Virus record (IMG/VR): IMGVR_UViG_3300030497_000009
Direction: 5' to 3' (one strand)
Origin: a virus
Length of the DNA stretch: 28,521 bases
In this document: piece by piece, positions 15,461 to 26,200 of the stretch
Position numbering within the stretch: the stretch's first letter is position 1
How the letters are laid out: every line of letters starts with the position of its first letter
Position numbers and translations under genes: made by a program
Notes under the pieces: model-generated
Database searches by the model: none
The model's input: the letters and a program-made list of their open reading frames with translations, nothing else
Told to the model about the DNA's origin: nothing

Positions 15461-17247
15461 TGGTACAAGCAAAACGCTATCGTCCTAGCGTTACTGTTAC
15501 GTTTTCTACAGAAAAAGGTGATATTACCCTCCGTGCGGAAACGACGGAGGTTTCATCTTTGTCTAAGGAGATTTTGAACGTTTCAACGAATAACGACCTT
15601 AACGTTGATGCGGGAACGTTTCAGATAACGCTTCCAAATAAAAATCGTTGGGATTTAACGCTAGGCTCTAATGACAAAGTAATTATCCAGATGAAACGCT
15701 ACGATGATGAAACGATATCTACTGTTATGGTTGGGCTAGTCGATGATGTGCGACGCACCGTTACAGTACAGGGTACGACTCCACAAAGAACAGTCACCAT
15801 TACAGGAAGAACATTCGCGAAAGCGCTTATGAACTTCGAAGTAGGCGTTGTTCAAGAGACTAATATGACGACGACAAGTATGGGTTGGCTAGCTGGAAGG
15901 GTTACGTTCGCTGGTCAGTCAGCTGCAAGTATCGTGGAACAGCTGTGGGCTGAGTTAATCTTTAAGTATATGAACTATGAGTTTAACGATGGAAAGAAAG
16001 CGATTGACGTTATTGACCTCCAGCTGAGTAGCAGACCTAATGAAAAGTTATTCGATGAAAAATCGTTTATTAACTATCAAGGTTCGATGCAATCATTCCT
16101 ACGTGAAGTTTCGAATGAGCCGTTTAACCAAATGTACTGGGAGAGTTATGATAATGAAATGCCTAGCTTCGTATTCCGCGAAACACCTTTCAACCCGAAA
16201 AACTGGAATGACCTGCCACTCCATATCGTAGAAGACAAGCATGTAATTAATCCATCGATTGGTAAAAGTGACATCGAAGCTTACGCGCTCTTTTCTGTCG
16301 GTATGCAGAACTTCTTTAGTACGTTCGATGTAAACCAAACGATGGATGTGTTCCCATTGTGGCATGAGCCTTATTTTAAGAAGTTTGGATTGCGTAGGCT
16401 TCACCGTTATACTGGTTACGTCGGATATGCTGATGGCGGTGACGTAGGTGACTCCAGAAGCCAACTACAGTCTTATCAGCAGGACTTATATAACTGGAAC
16501 ATCTTAAACCCACGATTCTATAACGGCTTTCTCACAGTAATCGGTGAGAGCAAATATAAAATCGGTGACAGGCTTCTCTACTTGTCTCTTGAGTCAGGTG
16601 TGGATATCGAGTTCTTTATTGAGTCAGTTTCTCATGAGTTCGATGTGTACGGCTCTTGGATTACGAGACTGGGTGTTACACGTGGACTTCCTAAAGGTGG
16701 AGATAAACGGTTTGAAGCTCCTTGGGGTGTTTATACCGATTACGAAGGTGGAGCACTAGGTGAACCATCTATTCAGCTAGGTAGCACAACCGGCTCAACT
16801 GTAGATGGTAACTTCACACTACCAACAGGTGGAGCTACGGGTACTGCAGCCACGATCCTACAGTATGCTCAATCGTTTGTTGGTAAAACAAGATATGTAT
16901 TTGGTGGAGGACGTTCACAGTCTCAAATTAACTCAGGCATATTCGATTGCTCTTCATGGGTACATTACGTGTTTAAGCAGAATGGGATTATATTAGGTAG
17001 TGATAACCCAGCTAACGTGAACACTGATGTAATCGCCAAACAAGGGCAAGCCGTTAACGGGGTTAGTAATATGCAACCAGGAGATTTAGTATTCTTTAAC
17101 ACCTACAAGCACAATGGTCACATCGGTATTTACATGGGTGGTGATCAGTGGATTGGTTGTCAGACTTCGCATGGAGTTAAAGTTGAAAGTTTAAACGGCT
17201 CGTACTATAAGAGTAAATTAAGCTCCACAATACGTCGGGTACTCTAG
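15460..17247 (+). CDS. Baseplate hub / tail-associated lysin with C-terminal NlpC/P60 peptidase
   Basis: N-terminal YRP...AGTFQI hub-like region. C-terminal YVFGGGR...FDCSSWV...PGDLVFF...GHIGIYMG gives the NlpC/P60 Cys-His dyad (Cys codon 16948-16950). Confidence 0.9.
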   Translation: MVQAKRYRPSVTVTFSTEKGDITLRAETTEVSSLSKEILNVSTNNDLNVDAGTFQITLPNKNRWDLTLGSNDKVIIQMKRYDDETISTVMVGLVDDVRRTVTVQGTTPQRTVTITGRTFAKALMNFEVGVVQETNMTTTSMGWLAGRVTFAGQSAASIVEQLWAELIFKYMNYEFNDGKKAIDVIDLQLSSRPNEKLFDEKSFINYQGSMQSFLREVSNEPFNQMYWESYDNEMPSFVFRETPFNPKNWNDLPLHIVEDKHVINPSIGKSDIEAYALFSVGMQNFFSTFDVNQTMDVFPLWHEPYFKKFGLRRLHRYTGYVGYADGGDVGDSRSQLQSYQQDLYNWNILNPRFYNGFLTVIGESKYKIGDRLLYLSLESGVDIEFFIESVSHEFDVYGSWITRLGVTRGLPKGGDKRFEAPWGVYTDYEGGALGEPSIQLGSTTGSTVDGNFTLPTGGATGTAATILQYAQSFVGKTRYVFGGGRSQSQINSGIFDCSSWVHYVFKQNGIILGSDNPANVNTDVIAKQGQAVNGVSNMQPGDLVFFNTYKHNGHIGIYMGGDQWIGCQTSHGVKVESLNGSYYKSKLSSTIRRVL

Positions 17248-17257
17248 GAGTGATAAA

Positions 17258-18244
17258 ATGGAGATTCACAATATAAAACTACAGAGTTCACTGGGTAGAA
17301 TGCAACACTTCTATCGACAAGATATGGACATGAACGGCTTTATGGCGCTGGCTCGTGTCCTTAAAGTTCATCATAAATCCGGTACGGCTGATATAGCTCT
17401 CGTAAACTCGAAAGACACCTATTCATCGAGTTCAGTTAACGAAGGAAAGTTTGCCGCGCGTATCGTACAGAACACAGCGAACTTCGATGAGAAAAGACAG
17501 CGTTACTGGGGTACGGTTGACCCAATCGCAGAAGGCTCGCTTGTGCTCGTAGCGTTTATGGAAAACATGAAACAGCGCCCCATCATCTTAGGGGCTTTTC
17601 ACCGCCCTGATAACGTCGATAATCCTTTTACTAACCTTTACCCCTTAAAAGAGAAAAACGAAGGGCTACACCGTCGAGAAGCGCTGAAAAAGCTACGTAT
17701 AAATCCTGCGTTAACTTATCAGAAAATAGACGGAGAAGGCAACATCGAAGTCACGTTTGGCTCGAAGTCTTTCTTTGCGATGTATAATACGAACATGGAT
17801 CCTATGGGTCACCTAGCTGATAACCACGGAGGATTCGACCATGCCGACCTAACCGAAATAGATAAACGAACAGGCACACCTCTGGAAGCTGACTGGGAAG
17901 AATCGAAAGCCCCAGCAAGATTTCTATTCGTGAAACGTAATTTTGATAACACCGATGGTTGGACAAAGTTCTTCTTAGATGAGTTTGGTATGTTCCGAAT
18001 TACGAGAGACAACAACGATGGAAAGCTTTCTTATTTCGAACTAAACGAAGATGGTAGTATGAAATTCCGTCAACAGCAAGACGAGGTGTTACATGGTGAG
18101 GGAGAGAAGTTCTCTGAGCTAGGCATGACAGCTACGGGAGAGCCTTACTTGAAACATCACAGTGGTAGCATCATAACGTTCGACGGTGAAGACATTATTA
18201 TCCGTGCGAAAGGGAAAGTAATCCAAGAGGAAGGAGCTGAGTGA
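17258..18244 (+). CDS. Putative central baseplate spike protein (gp5/gpV-like OB-fold plus beta-helix)
   Basis: LQSSLG...LARVLKV...EGSLVLVAF...PIILG N-terminal pattern; C-terminal short beta-strand repeats; synteny. Confidence 0.7.
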   Translation: MEIHNIKLQSSLGRMQHFYRQDMDMNGFMALARVLKVHHKSGTADIALVNSKDTYSSSSVNEGKFAARIVQNTANFDEKRQRYWGTVDPIAEGSLVLVAFMENMKQRPIILGAFHRPDNVDNPFTNLYPLKEKNEGLHRREALKKLRINPALTYQKIDGEGNIEVTFGSKSFFAMYNTNMDPMGHLADNHGGFDHADLTEIDKRTGTPLEADWEESKAPARFLFVKRNFDNTDGWTKFFLDEFGMFRITRDNNDGKLSYFELNEDGSMKFRQQQDEVLHGEGEKFSELGMTATGEPYLKHHSGSIITFDGEDIIIRAKGKVIQEEGAE

Positions 18245-18245
18245 C

Positions 18246-19472
18246 ATGCCCCAAAGTGATGGCAAGAATACCTTAAAACGGTTTGAGTTTGAATTTAAGG
18301 GTAAATCCTACAAGTTTAATCTAAATCCTGAAGAGTACACACAGGACGAGCCAGTACGAACAGTCGTAACGCAAACGCTTGGTGGAGCATTCGTTGATGA
18401 CTTTGGAGCCGGTTTGGTTAGTATCTACATGAAAGGCTCGACAGGTATGAAGAACGGCTTTGAGAAATTCGTGGAGCTACGTGACTTTATACGTAACTAT
18501 ACGAAGACAGGCACAGCTGGTCAAGAAGTAAAAGACGAACTGAAGTTTCATAACTATACTGACGAAGAGAGCTGGATTGTACACCCAGACCCAACAGGAT
18601 TCCGTGTATTTCGTTCGAAAAGCAACCCGTTACTTTTTATGTACGAACTACGTTTAACAGCTCTCAGGAACGCTAAAGACCCAGCGCCTGAAATGATTAC
18701 GAAAACCGAAGTTAAAACGACTGATTCACCTGAAGAGGGTGTGCAAGAGCAGGTTGGTGACGCACTAGGATCTAAGAGTACAACGAATAAAGACGTAGCA
18801 AATAAAGCGAAAGAAACGAAAAGTTCAGGTAACTCAGGTGATGGGGTTGTACAGAAAGTTAATGGTACAGTCAAGAAAGCGAAAACGGTTGTGTCTGATG
18901 CTCTTGGAGATTTTGTGAATGGGCTACAGGTATTAAGTAACGGGCAAGCCCAAGTACAACCACAAGCACAGACACAACAGAATTTTAGAGCGTTTGCGGT
19001 ACAGGCACCTGAGCTAACATCGTTAAGCCCATACGTATCAAGCCTAGCACTAGACTACTACCAAAAGTTCCAAGAGGGTACAGCTGACACCGCGAATATC
19101 ACGATCCCATCTGACTCTCTTGTTTATAAGATGATTTATGACGTACCATCTTTGCTGTTGCCTAAACGTATTACGGATACTATGCGTATGGTTATTCTTG
19201 AAACGTATGCTATCTATAAAGCGTATGAAGAGGATCGTGGTGCGTTTACCACTCGTATCTCGAAAGATGACATGACTAGATTAAAAGATAATATCCGTTG
19301 GCTCACTAGCAAGCTCGAAGACACGGATGATGAAGTTATTTATGATATTATCGATGGTCTTCGTGACATCGAGGTAGCTATTGGCCAGTACAGAAATACC
19401 AACTCGCTATTCCTTAAGGACGTTTCAAGTAGCATAAACGATTACAACGGAGGTGGTAACGATGGATTATAA
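18246..19472 (+). CDS. Baseplate / tail tube initiator-like protein
   Basis: MPQSDG...YKFNLNPEEY...DDFG.G...I...G.TG N-domain, then a low-complexity linker and a helical C-domain. Confidence 0.65.
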   Translation: MPQSDGKNTLKRFEFEFKGKSYKFNLNPEEYTQDEPVRTVVTQTLGGAFVDDFGAGLVSIYMKGSTGMKNGFEKFVELRDFIRNYTKTGTAGQEVKDELKFHNYTDEESWIVHPDPTGFRVFRSKSNPLLFMYELRLTALRNAKDPAPEMITKTEVKTTDSPEEGVQEQVGDALGSKSTTNKDVANKAKETKSSGNSGDGVVQKVNGTVKKAKTVVSDALGDFVNGLQVLSNGQAQVQPQAQTQQNFRAFAVQAPELTSLSPYVSSLALDYYQKFQEGTADTANITIPSDSLVYKMIYDVPSLLLPKRITDTMRMVILETYAIYKAYEEDRGAFTTRISKDDMTRLKDNIRWLTSKLEDTDDEVIYDIIDGLRDIEVAIGQYRNTNSLFLKDVSSSINDYNGGGNDGL

Positions 19473-20133
19473 AAAACACACCGTCTCCTACGGAGAATCA
19501 CTACAAAGTATTTCACAAGATATACTGGGTGACGCTGATAGATGGGTTGAAATCGCCATCTTGAATAATCTTGTTTACCCGTATATCGATGATGAAGGCT
19601 CAGCGGAAGGCGTAAAAACGATTGGTGACACACTACTCGTACCGCAGGATGCGAACATGGAGGATATTATACCACAAAACGAGGTTGCTGGAATCTATGA
19701 GAAATCACTTGGCCAAGACTTAGATATCTTTGGGGATGAAGACTATATTGAGCTTACGAACATCGAGACAGGAGAAGTGGACATCAATATGTATGGTGAC
19801 CTTCGTGTCGTTTTTGGTCTTCGAAACTTACGACAGTCTATCCTTATTCGATTAAGCACCCCAATAGGCACTCTGCTTCACCATCCAGAGTTCGGAAGTT
19901 CTCTCATAGAGCTTCTGGGCACAAAGGGTACGGTTGAGAAAATTCATAAAGTAAAAGTTGAGCTTGAGCGTTGCATAAGAAGCGACGAACGGGTTGCTGA
20001 TATTACTTTTGAAACGTTTTATCTTGACGGTGATTTACTAAGAGTTGGGTTCACAGTGACGCCTGTAGGTTTTGACGTTGCTTTTAAAATGAGCTTAAAG
20101 CTTGGGGAAGGAGGAATAGTCGAATGGGCTTAA
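19462..20133 (+). CDS. Baseplate wedge subunit (LysM-like N-terminus plus gp25/GPW-like domain)
   Basis: HTVSYGESLQSIS...W.EIA.LNNL (LysM-like); NLRQSILIRLSTPIG.L..HPEFGS...DERV (gp25-like). RBS GGAGGT supports ATG 19462. Confidence 0.85.
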   Translation: MDYKKHTVSYGESLQSISQDILGDADRWVEIAILNNLVYPYIDDEGSAEGVKTIGDTLLVPQDANMEDIIPQNEVAGIYEKSLGQDLDIFGDEDYIELTNIETGEVDINMYGDLRVVFGLRNLRQSILIRLSTPIGTLLHHPEFGSSLIELLGTKGTVEKIHKVKVELERCIRSDERVADITFETFYLDGDLLRVGFTVTPVGFDVAFKMSLKLGEGGIVEWA

Positions 20134-21185
20134 AACTAAAGAAGTTCACTGAGTTGTATTCCGGTATGGTTTCTTGGATTGTAGGAAATACCACGAAGCT
20201 TACAGACTTTTCAAAGGGTTCAGCTATACGTAGTTTACTAGAAGCAATTGCCACATCGATAGAGCAAGCTTACTTCAACATGTACCGAAACGTCATGTGG
20301 GGGATCGAGAACTCTATCTATGAAGCGTTTAACTTTCGGAAGAAAGATGCTACACCATCGAGTGGAACACTTACACTTATGTTCTCGTATCCGGTAACAG
20401 CAGACTTCCTTGTACCAGAGGGTACGCGCTTCGCGTCGATTACTCAGCAGGATGGTTCTACCTTGTATTTCCATACAAGAGAGGATTACAAAGTTCTTGG
20501 TGGTTCGATTGAAGCTGACATCGAAGTTTTCTGTACAACGGCTGGTAAGATTGGTAACGTGTCTGCTGATACAATTAAAGTAATGGTAAACCCTATTCGC
20601 GAAGTATCAGAAATCACTAACCGAGTAGGGTTCACAACAGGGGCTGAAGAAGAGTCCTCAGCGAGTCGTAAACAGCGGTTTAACCGTTATATCGAAACGC
20701 TAGCCCGTGGAACAAAGAAAGCGATTGAGTACGGAGCGAAAGAAGTTGAGGGAGTAGCCGGTGTGTGGGTTGACGATAGCGAGGTTGGACTTGTGAAAGT
20801 TTACGTCCATGATGCCAACGGTAACTTGCCTGACTATCTAAAGACAGAAGTTCAAACAGCTCTTGAAAACTACCGTGCTGCTGGAATACCGTGTCTTGTT
20901 CTGCCGATTATTAAAGAAGAAATTAAGATTGAACTTGAAGTTTCTGTTCTCCAAGCGTACAACACGACGCTTTTCAGACAGAACTTGCTGGCTAGTCTTT
21001 ACAGCTATGTAAATAACTTCCCTGTTGCAAAAAGCTTCATCGTATCTGATCTTGTTCAGTACGTAATGAACTATGATGATGTGGCGGTTACGAACTGTAA
21101 AGTGCTTAGTCCTACACAAGATATCATAACACCACAACAAGAGATTATCCGAGCGAGTGAGATTAAGCTTACTATTAAAACATAA
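20124..21185 (+). CDS. Baseplate J-like protein
   Basis: TDFSKGSAIRSLLEA; C...G..GNV; G.EEES...RF..YI..L.RGT...; YRAAGIP. Confidence 0.9.
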   Translation: MGLKLKKFTELYSGMVSWIVGNTTKLTDFSKGSAIRSLLEAIATSIEQAYFNMYRNVMWGIENSIYEAFNFRKKDATPSSGTLTLMFSYPVTADFLVPEGTRFASITQQDGSTLYFHTREDYKVLGGSIEADIEVFCTTAGKIGNVSADTIKVMVNPIREVSEITNRVGFTTGAEEESSASRKQRFNRYIETLARGTKKAIEYGAKEVEGVAGVWVDDSEVGLVKVYVHDANGNLPDYLKTEVQTALENYRAAGIPCLVLPIIKEEIKIELEVSVLQAYNTTLFRQNLLASLYSYVNNFPVAKSFIVSDLVQYVMNYDDVAVTNCKVLSPTQDIITPQQEIIRASEIKLTIKT

Positions 21186-21197
21186 GGAGGTGAGTGC

Positions 21198-22715
21198 ATG
21201 TTCAAGTTTTTGAGTCCTATCTTTAAGCGAAACAAAACACTTGGGGTTTCTCCTCAACATAAAGCCCTAATGGAATCGATAATGGCTCAGCTTAACCAAC
21301 TGGATGAAGATACCAAGCTAATGAAACTTGAATTAGTTATTCTAACAGCTACAGGCAGATGGCTTGATAGCTGGGGGGAATGGTTTGGTATCCTTCGTAC
21401 AGAAGGCGAAGAAGATGAGTATTACAGCAAGCGTATCGTAGCTACAACGGTAAAGCCAAAAAGCACGATACCAGCTTTAATTTCGGCAGTTGATGAGGTG
21501 GCTAGCTACACGGGTGACCAGACTTCTATTTTTGAACCACACAAGTTCATCGCGCGTCACAATATGTCGAAGTTTAGTGGAACAGACCGATACACTGATG
21601 GAGTTTACTGGCGTTCTGGCGTAATTGATTTATTACTCCCCTACGATATTACAGTTGACATACGAAATACAGTTGAGTCCGTAAAGGCTGCTGGTATCCG
21701 TGCTACGTTTACCCAGCTTAATAATATTATCATTCCAGATGGTGAAGATGGCTGGACATACGGTGAAATGTTTATTCCTTACGAAGACTATACGCTAATC
21801 TTTGAACCGGCTCTTGCGATTGCGCTGAAGGGCGCGGTGTTCTCGATGAACACGCAAGGACAACGTACCCGTTCAGGTAAACAAACCCTTTGGGGAACTT
21901 ACATGGATTTTGGTTTCGAGCCGTTGATGTTACGAAACTTTGAGCGGTATGCTGGTGAATCGATGGTAATTAATCGAGACGACTTTTCTGTGTTCACACC
22001 GGTTCCAACAAGAATTGGTTCAAAGTACTCTGGAAGACAAATGGGTGGCGTTGTATCAGGTGGACTACTTAATCAGTATATCGAGACTAACACCTTTGAT
22101 CCAACAGCGAAAACAGACCGACAAGGTGACATCGTACACACAGTGTACAACCTCCGACCTGCCACACGATCCCATCATGGTGTCTACTCTGGACGCTTTG
22201 GTTTCTCTGGAGCACCAGATGACGGTTGGGTTGATAAACCTTATTATATCGTATGCAATGATGAAGCAGTTTTCTTGTACACAACAGCAAAAAGAGTGTT
22301 TCAAGAGACGAACTTAATCACTGAGCTTATGTTGGACAAGGCGAACACTTTTAATAAAAGCTATCGGTCAGGAAGGCAGATATTATTTGCGTCTGATTTA
22401 CTAACGTTACAAACTGACTTAACAATGTCGAAACAAAAGCGTGAGTTGACGTTCAATGACCCATACCGTTGGGTTGACTTTTTACATGCGCTTCGTGCGA
22501 AAGATGAAGAACTTATAAAGGAGCTCATCAATTTAGATAAGCTCGAAACACCTTTAGAAGAACTATTTGAATATGACTCCTCAATCACGGTAAAAGAGAT
22601 TGAAGACTGGGGCATTAATATTCAAAAACATAAAGAGGTTTCGTTATCTTTCGAAATGACCAGTGGTTACGAAGAGAAAGCGCAAGGAGAGGTTGAAGTC
22701 AAGCTCTTAGCGTAA
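21198..22715 (+). CDS. Baseplate wedge / tail protein (gpI-like N-terminus)
   Basis: TATGRWLDSWGEWFGILR..GE.DE.Y..RI and KAAG motifs; follows baseplate J. Confidence 0.75.
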   Translation: MFKFLSPIFKRNKTLGVSPQHKALMESIMAQLNQLDEDTKLMKLELVILTATGRWLDSWGEWFGILRTEGEEDEYYSKRIVATTVKPKSTIPALISAVDEVASYTGDQTSIFEPHKFIARHNMSKFSGTDRYTDGVYWRSGVIDLLLPYDITVDIRNTVESVKAAGIRATFTQLNNIIIPDGEDGWTYGEMFIPYEDYTLIFEPALAIALKGAVFSMNTQGQRTRSGKQTLWGTYMDFGFEPLMLRNFERYAGESMVINRDDFSVFTPVPTRIGSKYSGRQMGGVVSGGLLNQYIETNTFDPTAKTDRQGDIVHTVYNLRPATRSHHGVYSGRFGFSGAPDDGWVDKPYYIVCNDEAVFLYTTAKRVFQETNLITELMLDKANTFNKSYRSGRQILFASDLLTLQTDLTMSKQKRELTFNDPYRWVDFLHALRAKDEELIKELINLDKLETPLEELFEYDSSITVKEIEDWGINIQKHKEVSLSFEMTSGYEEKAQGEVEVKLLA

Positions 22716-22730
22716 ATAGGAGGTTAAACT

Positions 22731-23246
22731 ATGGCAACTACTACGATTAATGGTCACGTCTCACGTGCACTTGATTTCTTTGAACGTAACGATATTTATT
22801 TTGCTATTGGCCAACCAGACCCGTGGGATGACGAGAACTATCCGCCAGCCCCAACGATTGAAACACAAGATATCTCAAAGCCGATTGGTTTCAAGAAGGT
22901 AGAAAACATCTATATGGTAGTTCCTGATGAGCAAGGAAGTATCGTTTATCGTGACAAGCGCTGGAGAGTTGTTCCAAAAGACCAAGCGATTGCGGAGGGT
23001 GCACGCTGGGTATTCATCGAGTGCTTCCTACGATATGACGAACTTCCACTTTCTGACTATCGCCAAATTGGTGTCTACAGTCGACTTAAGGTGAAAGCCG
23101 ATGTACTAGCAAGTTCAGCTGGAAAAATGAACCTTTTACCAACGGATGTCGAGGACAAAGGTATCCTTGAGATTATTGATAATCGTAAAAAGGTTACTCG
23201 TCAAATCGACCAAAAAGAACAACTCACGATAGTTGTTGAATTTTAA
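22731..23246 (+). CDS. Conserved baseplate structural protein
   Basis: YFAIG...PW.DE..PP.P...IGFKK and YRQIG motifs; RBS AGGAGG; synteny with Twort-like baseplates. Confidence 0.78.
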   Translation: MATTTINGHVSRALDFFERNDIYFAIGQPDPWDDENYPPAPTIETQDISKPIGFKKVENIYMVVPDEQGSIVYRDKRWRVVPKDQAIAEGARWVFIECFLRYDELPLSDYRQIGVYSRLKVKADVLASSAGKMNLLPTDVEDKGILEIIDNRKKVTRQIDQKEQLTIVVEF

Positions 23247-23267
23247 TCAGTATAAGGAGGTTACCAT

Positions 23268-26200
23268 ATGTCATATCAGGATATTAACAAAAACCCTTAC
23301 TATGATGATTACGATGCTCTTAAAGGGTACAGACAGATTCTAGCTGTGCCAGGACGAGTTGAGCAAGCTCGTGAGTTTACGCAAATCCAAACGATGTTCT
23401 TAGACTTCTTAAAGCGTTTAGGTGATACAGTTTTAAAGAATGGTAGCATCGTAGAGGGTTGTGGACTTACTATTCAGGGAACTGATGCTAAAATTGGACG
23501 AGGTAAAATTTACTATGATGGTATCGTTTACAACGTTGGTGAGCAAACAGTTAAAATCTCTGGAGTGGGTAGAGAGGTTATCAGCGCTCGTGTTAACGAA
23601 AAAGTTATCACAGAAGTTGAAGACCCAACTTTACGTGACCCAGCTCAAGGATACGACAACTACAACCAAGCTGGTTCTCATCGTTTACAAACTTCTATCG
23701 AGTTTGTTGTTAACGATGATACAGCGACACCTGTTTACGTTCTTGAAGATGGTGGGTTACTAATTCAAGAAGAAAAACCGCAGTTAGATATCGTGAGTGA
23801 CCTGTTAGCCCGTCGTACAAACGATGAGTCAGGTAACTATCGTGTAAGCGGTTTAGATATCTACGTTGAACCGTTTGATGCTAATAACGTCCGTTTAACA
23901 GTTGAGGCAGGTAAAGCTTACGTATTAGGTTATGAGGTTGTAAAACCAAACCCAGCTAAAATTATACTTCCTAAAGCGATGGATACTCGTGCCGTACTAA
24001 ACGAGCCGAAAGTATACCGCACTGGAACGCAAACATATAAATTAAACAACGCTCCGGTTAAACAAATTAACCAAGTAGTTGCTCAGGTACAAGTTACTGA
24101 AACAATTACGCGTGGAAGTGTGACTGGTGGTGTCGACTACCTTCCGAAGTCTCCTGTTATCTTGATTAGTGAAGTTAAACAAGGTGCTACAGTTTACATT
24201 CAAGGTACGGATTATCAGCTTACGAATGACGGTGTTGACTGGTCTTTATCTGGTATCGAGCCATCAATTGGTAGCTCTTACACAGTAACGTACCGTTACA
24301 ACAAAGTCATGACGAAAACGACTGACTACGTATTAACGAACGTGGGCGCAGACTACTTCGTTGACTTCACTCCAGCTGGTGATAATCCAGTAGCTGACTC
24401 AACGATTACTGTTGACTATGATTTCTACTTAGCTCGTAAAGACCTCGTTTCTTTAGGGCGTGATGGTAGTATCACAGTAACAAATGGTCAAAGTGACATT
24501 CCACGTATGATTTCTTCACCGTCTGTTAGTAACCCTGACATCCTACATTTAGGTACAGTTTACCTGCCACCTAACAGTTCCGATGCAGCTGCCAACTCTT
24601 ACGCGGTAACGCGATTGAGCATGGAAGACTTACAGAACGTTGTTCGACGTTTAGAAGATATGGAATACAATAACGCATTAGATGACCTTGACAAAGAAGC
24701 GATGGCTGGTGAAGCTCCTACAAACCTTAAGGGTATTTTCTCTGATGGTTTCATCGGGTTCTCAAAATCCGACTTAGGGCACCCTTTGTACTCAGCTGCA
24801 CTGTCTCTAGAGACTGGTGAAGTAGTACTACCATCTAACTCTATTAAATCGAACACACTAGTTCCGAACCTGACGTCATCTAGCGCGAAAGTTTGGGGAC
24901 GCTTAGTAACGACACCAGTGACAGAAAAAGTTTCTATCGAGCAAACATTTGCTACTGGAACGATGCTAGTAAACCCTTACAACGTGTTTAACAAGATGGC
25001 TATGATTGCGTTAACACCAGCTGTAGATAACTGGGTTGACTATGAAAGTATCACGATTGAAAAAGAAGTTACCAAAACGTTCCGAGTTCACCGTTGGTGG
25101 AGACACGGGGGAGACCTATGGAATGAAACTGAGAAATACCTATTTGAAAACCTTGTTCTTGACAATGGCCAAAGATGGGAAGGTTTCTCTGACAAGACTG
25201 GTACAATTACGACTGTTGGAACATCTAAGACGCTTCTTGATGAAGCTATCTTATATATGCGCCAGCGTGAAGTAGTTGTCGAAGCTTCGAACTTAATTCC
25301 TAACTCAGACAACCTTGAGTGCTACTTCGATGGTAAAAAGGTTGATATTTCTGGTGTAATGGGTACGAATAACGGTACAGCTGCTGGTACGATTAAGGCT
25401 GATGCTAGTGGTGTAGCTCGTGGTAAGTTTATGATTCCTGCTGGTGTTCGTTGTGGTACTCGTGAGGTTATCCTTAAGAACTTAAACAACACAGCGGTAT
25501 CTTCTTATACAGCCAACGGACGTCACCGTGTGGTACAGGATTCAGTTCTTCGTACACGTGTAACGGTTACGGCTTATGACCCATTAGCCCAATCGTTTAT
25601 GTTTGACCGTGACCAAGTAGTAAGCTCTGTTGGACTTTACTTTGGTTCAAAAGATCCTTCTAAAAACGTTACAATCCAAATCCGTAACATGGTAAACGGT
25701 TATCCTGGCCAAGTAGTCTACGCTGAGAAAACGTTGCTTCCAAGTCAAGTAGCGACTTCATCTAAAGGAACTTCTGAAACGAAAGTTTCTTTTGCTGATC
25801 CTGTTGTCTGCCGTGCTGGAGAGCAATACGCAGTAGTAGTTGTAACAGACAGTGACGTTTACACGATGTTCGTTGCTGAGTTAGGAAAGAAAGACCTAAA
25901 CAGCGGTGGTGTAGTGACTCGTCAACCATACCTAGCTGGAACACTATTCTCATCTGCTAATGCTTTAACTTGGACAGCTCACCAAACGCAAGATATGAAG
26001 TTCCGAGTTTATACTTGCGAATTTGCTAGCCAAGGTGTTCTTGAGTTCAACGAGATTACGAGCTTGGATGCTGACCGTATTCTATTAATGGCTGACTACC
26101 TAACACTTCAGAATACTGGATGTACATGGGAGTTTAAGCTTAATGGAAGCAACTGGCAACCAATTAGTAACTTCGAAGACAAAGATGTGAGTGCTATTGC

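Noticed and set aside
18975-19005. QQNFRAFAV as a second Prp-like site
   Set aside because: Lacks the LxLQxF core; similarity is too weak.
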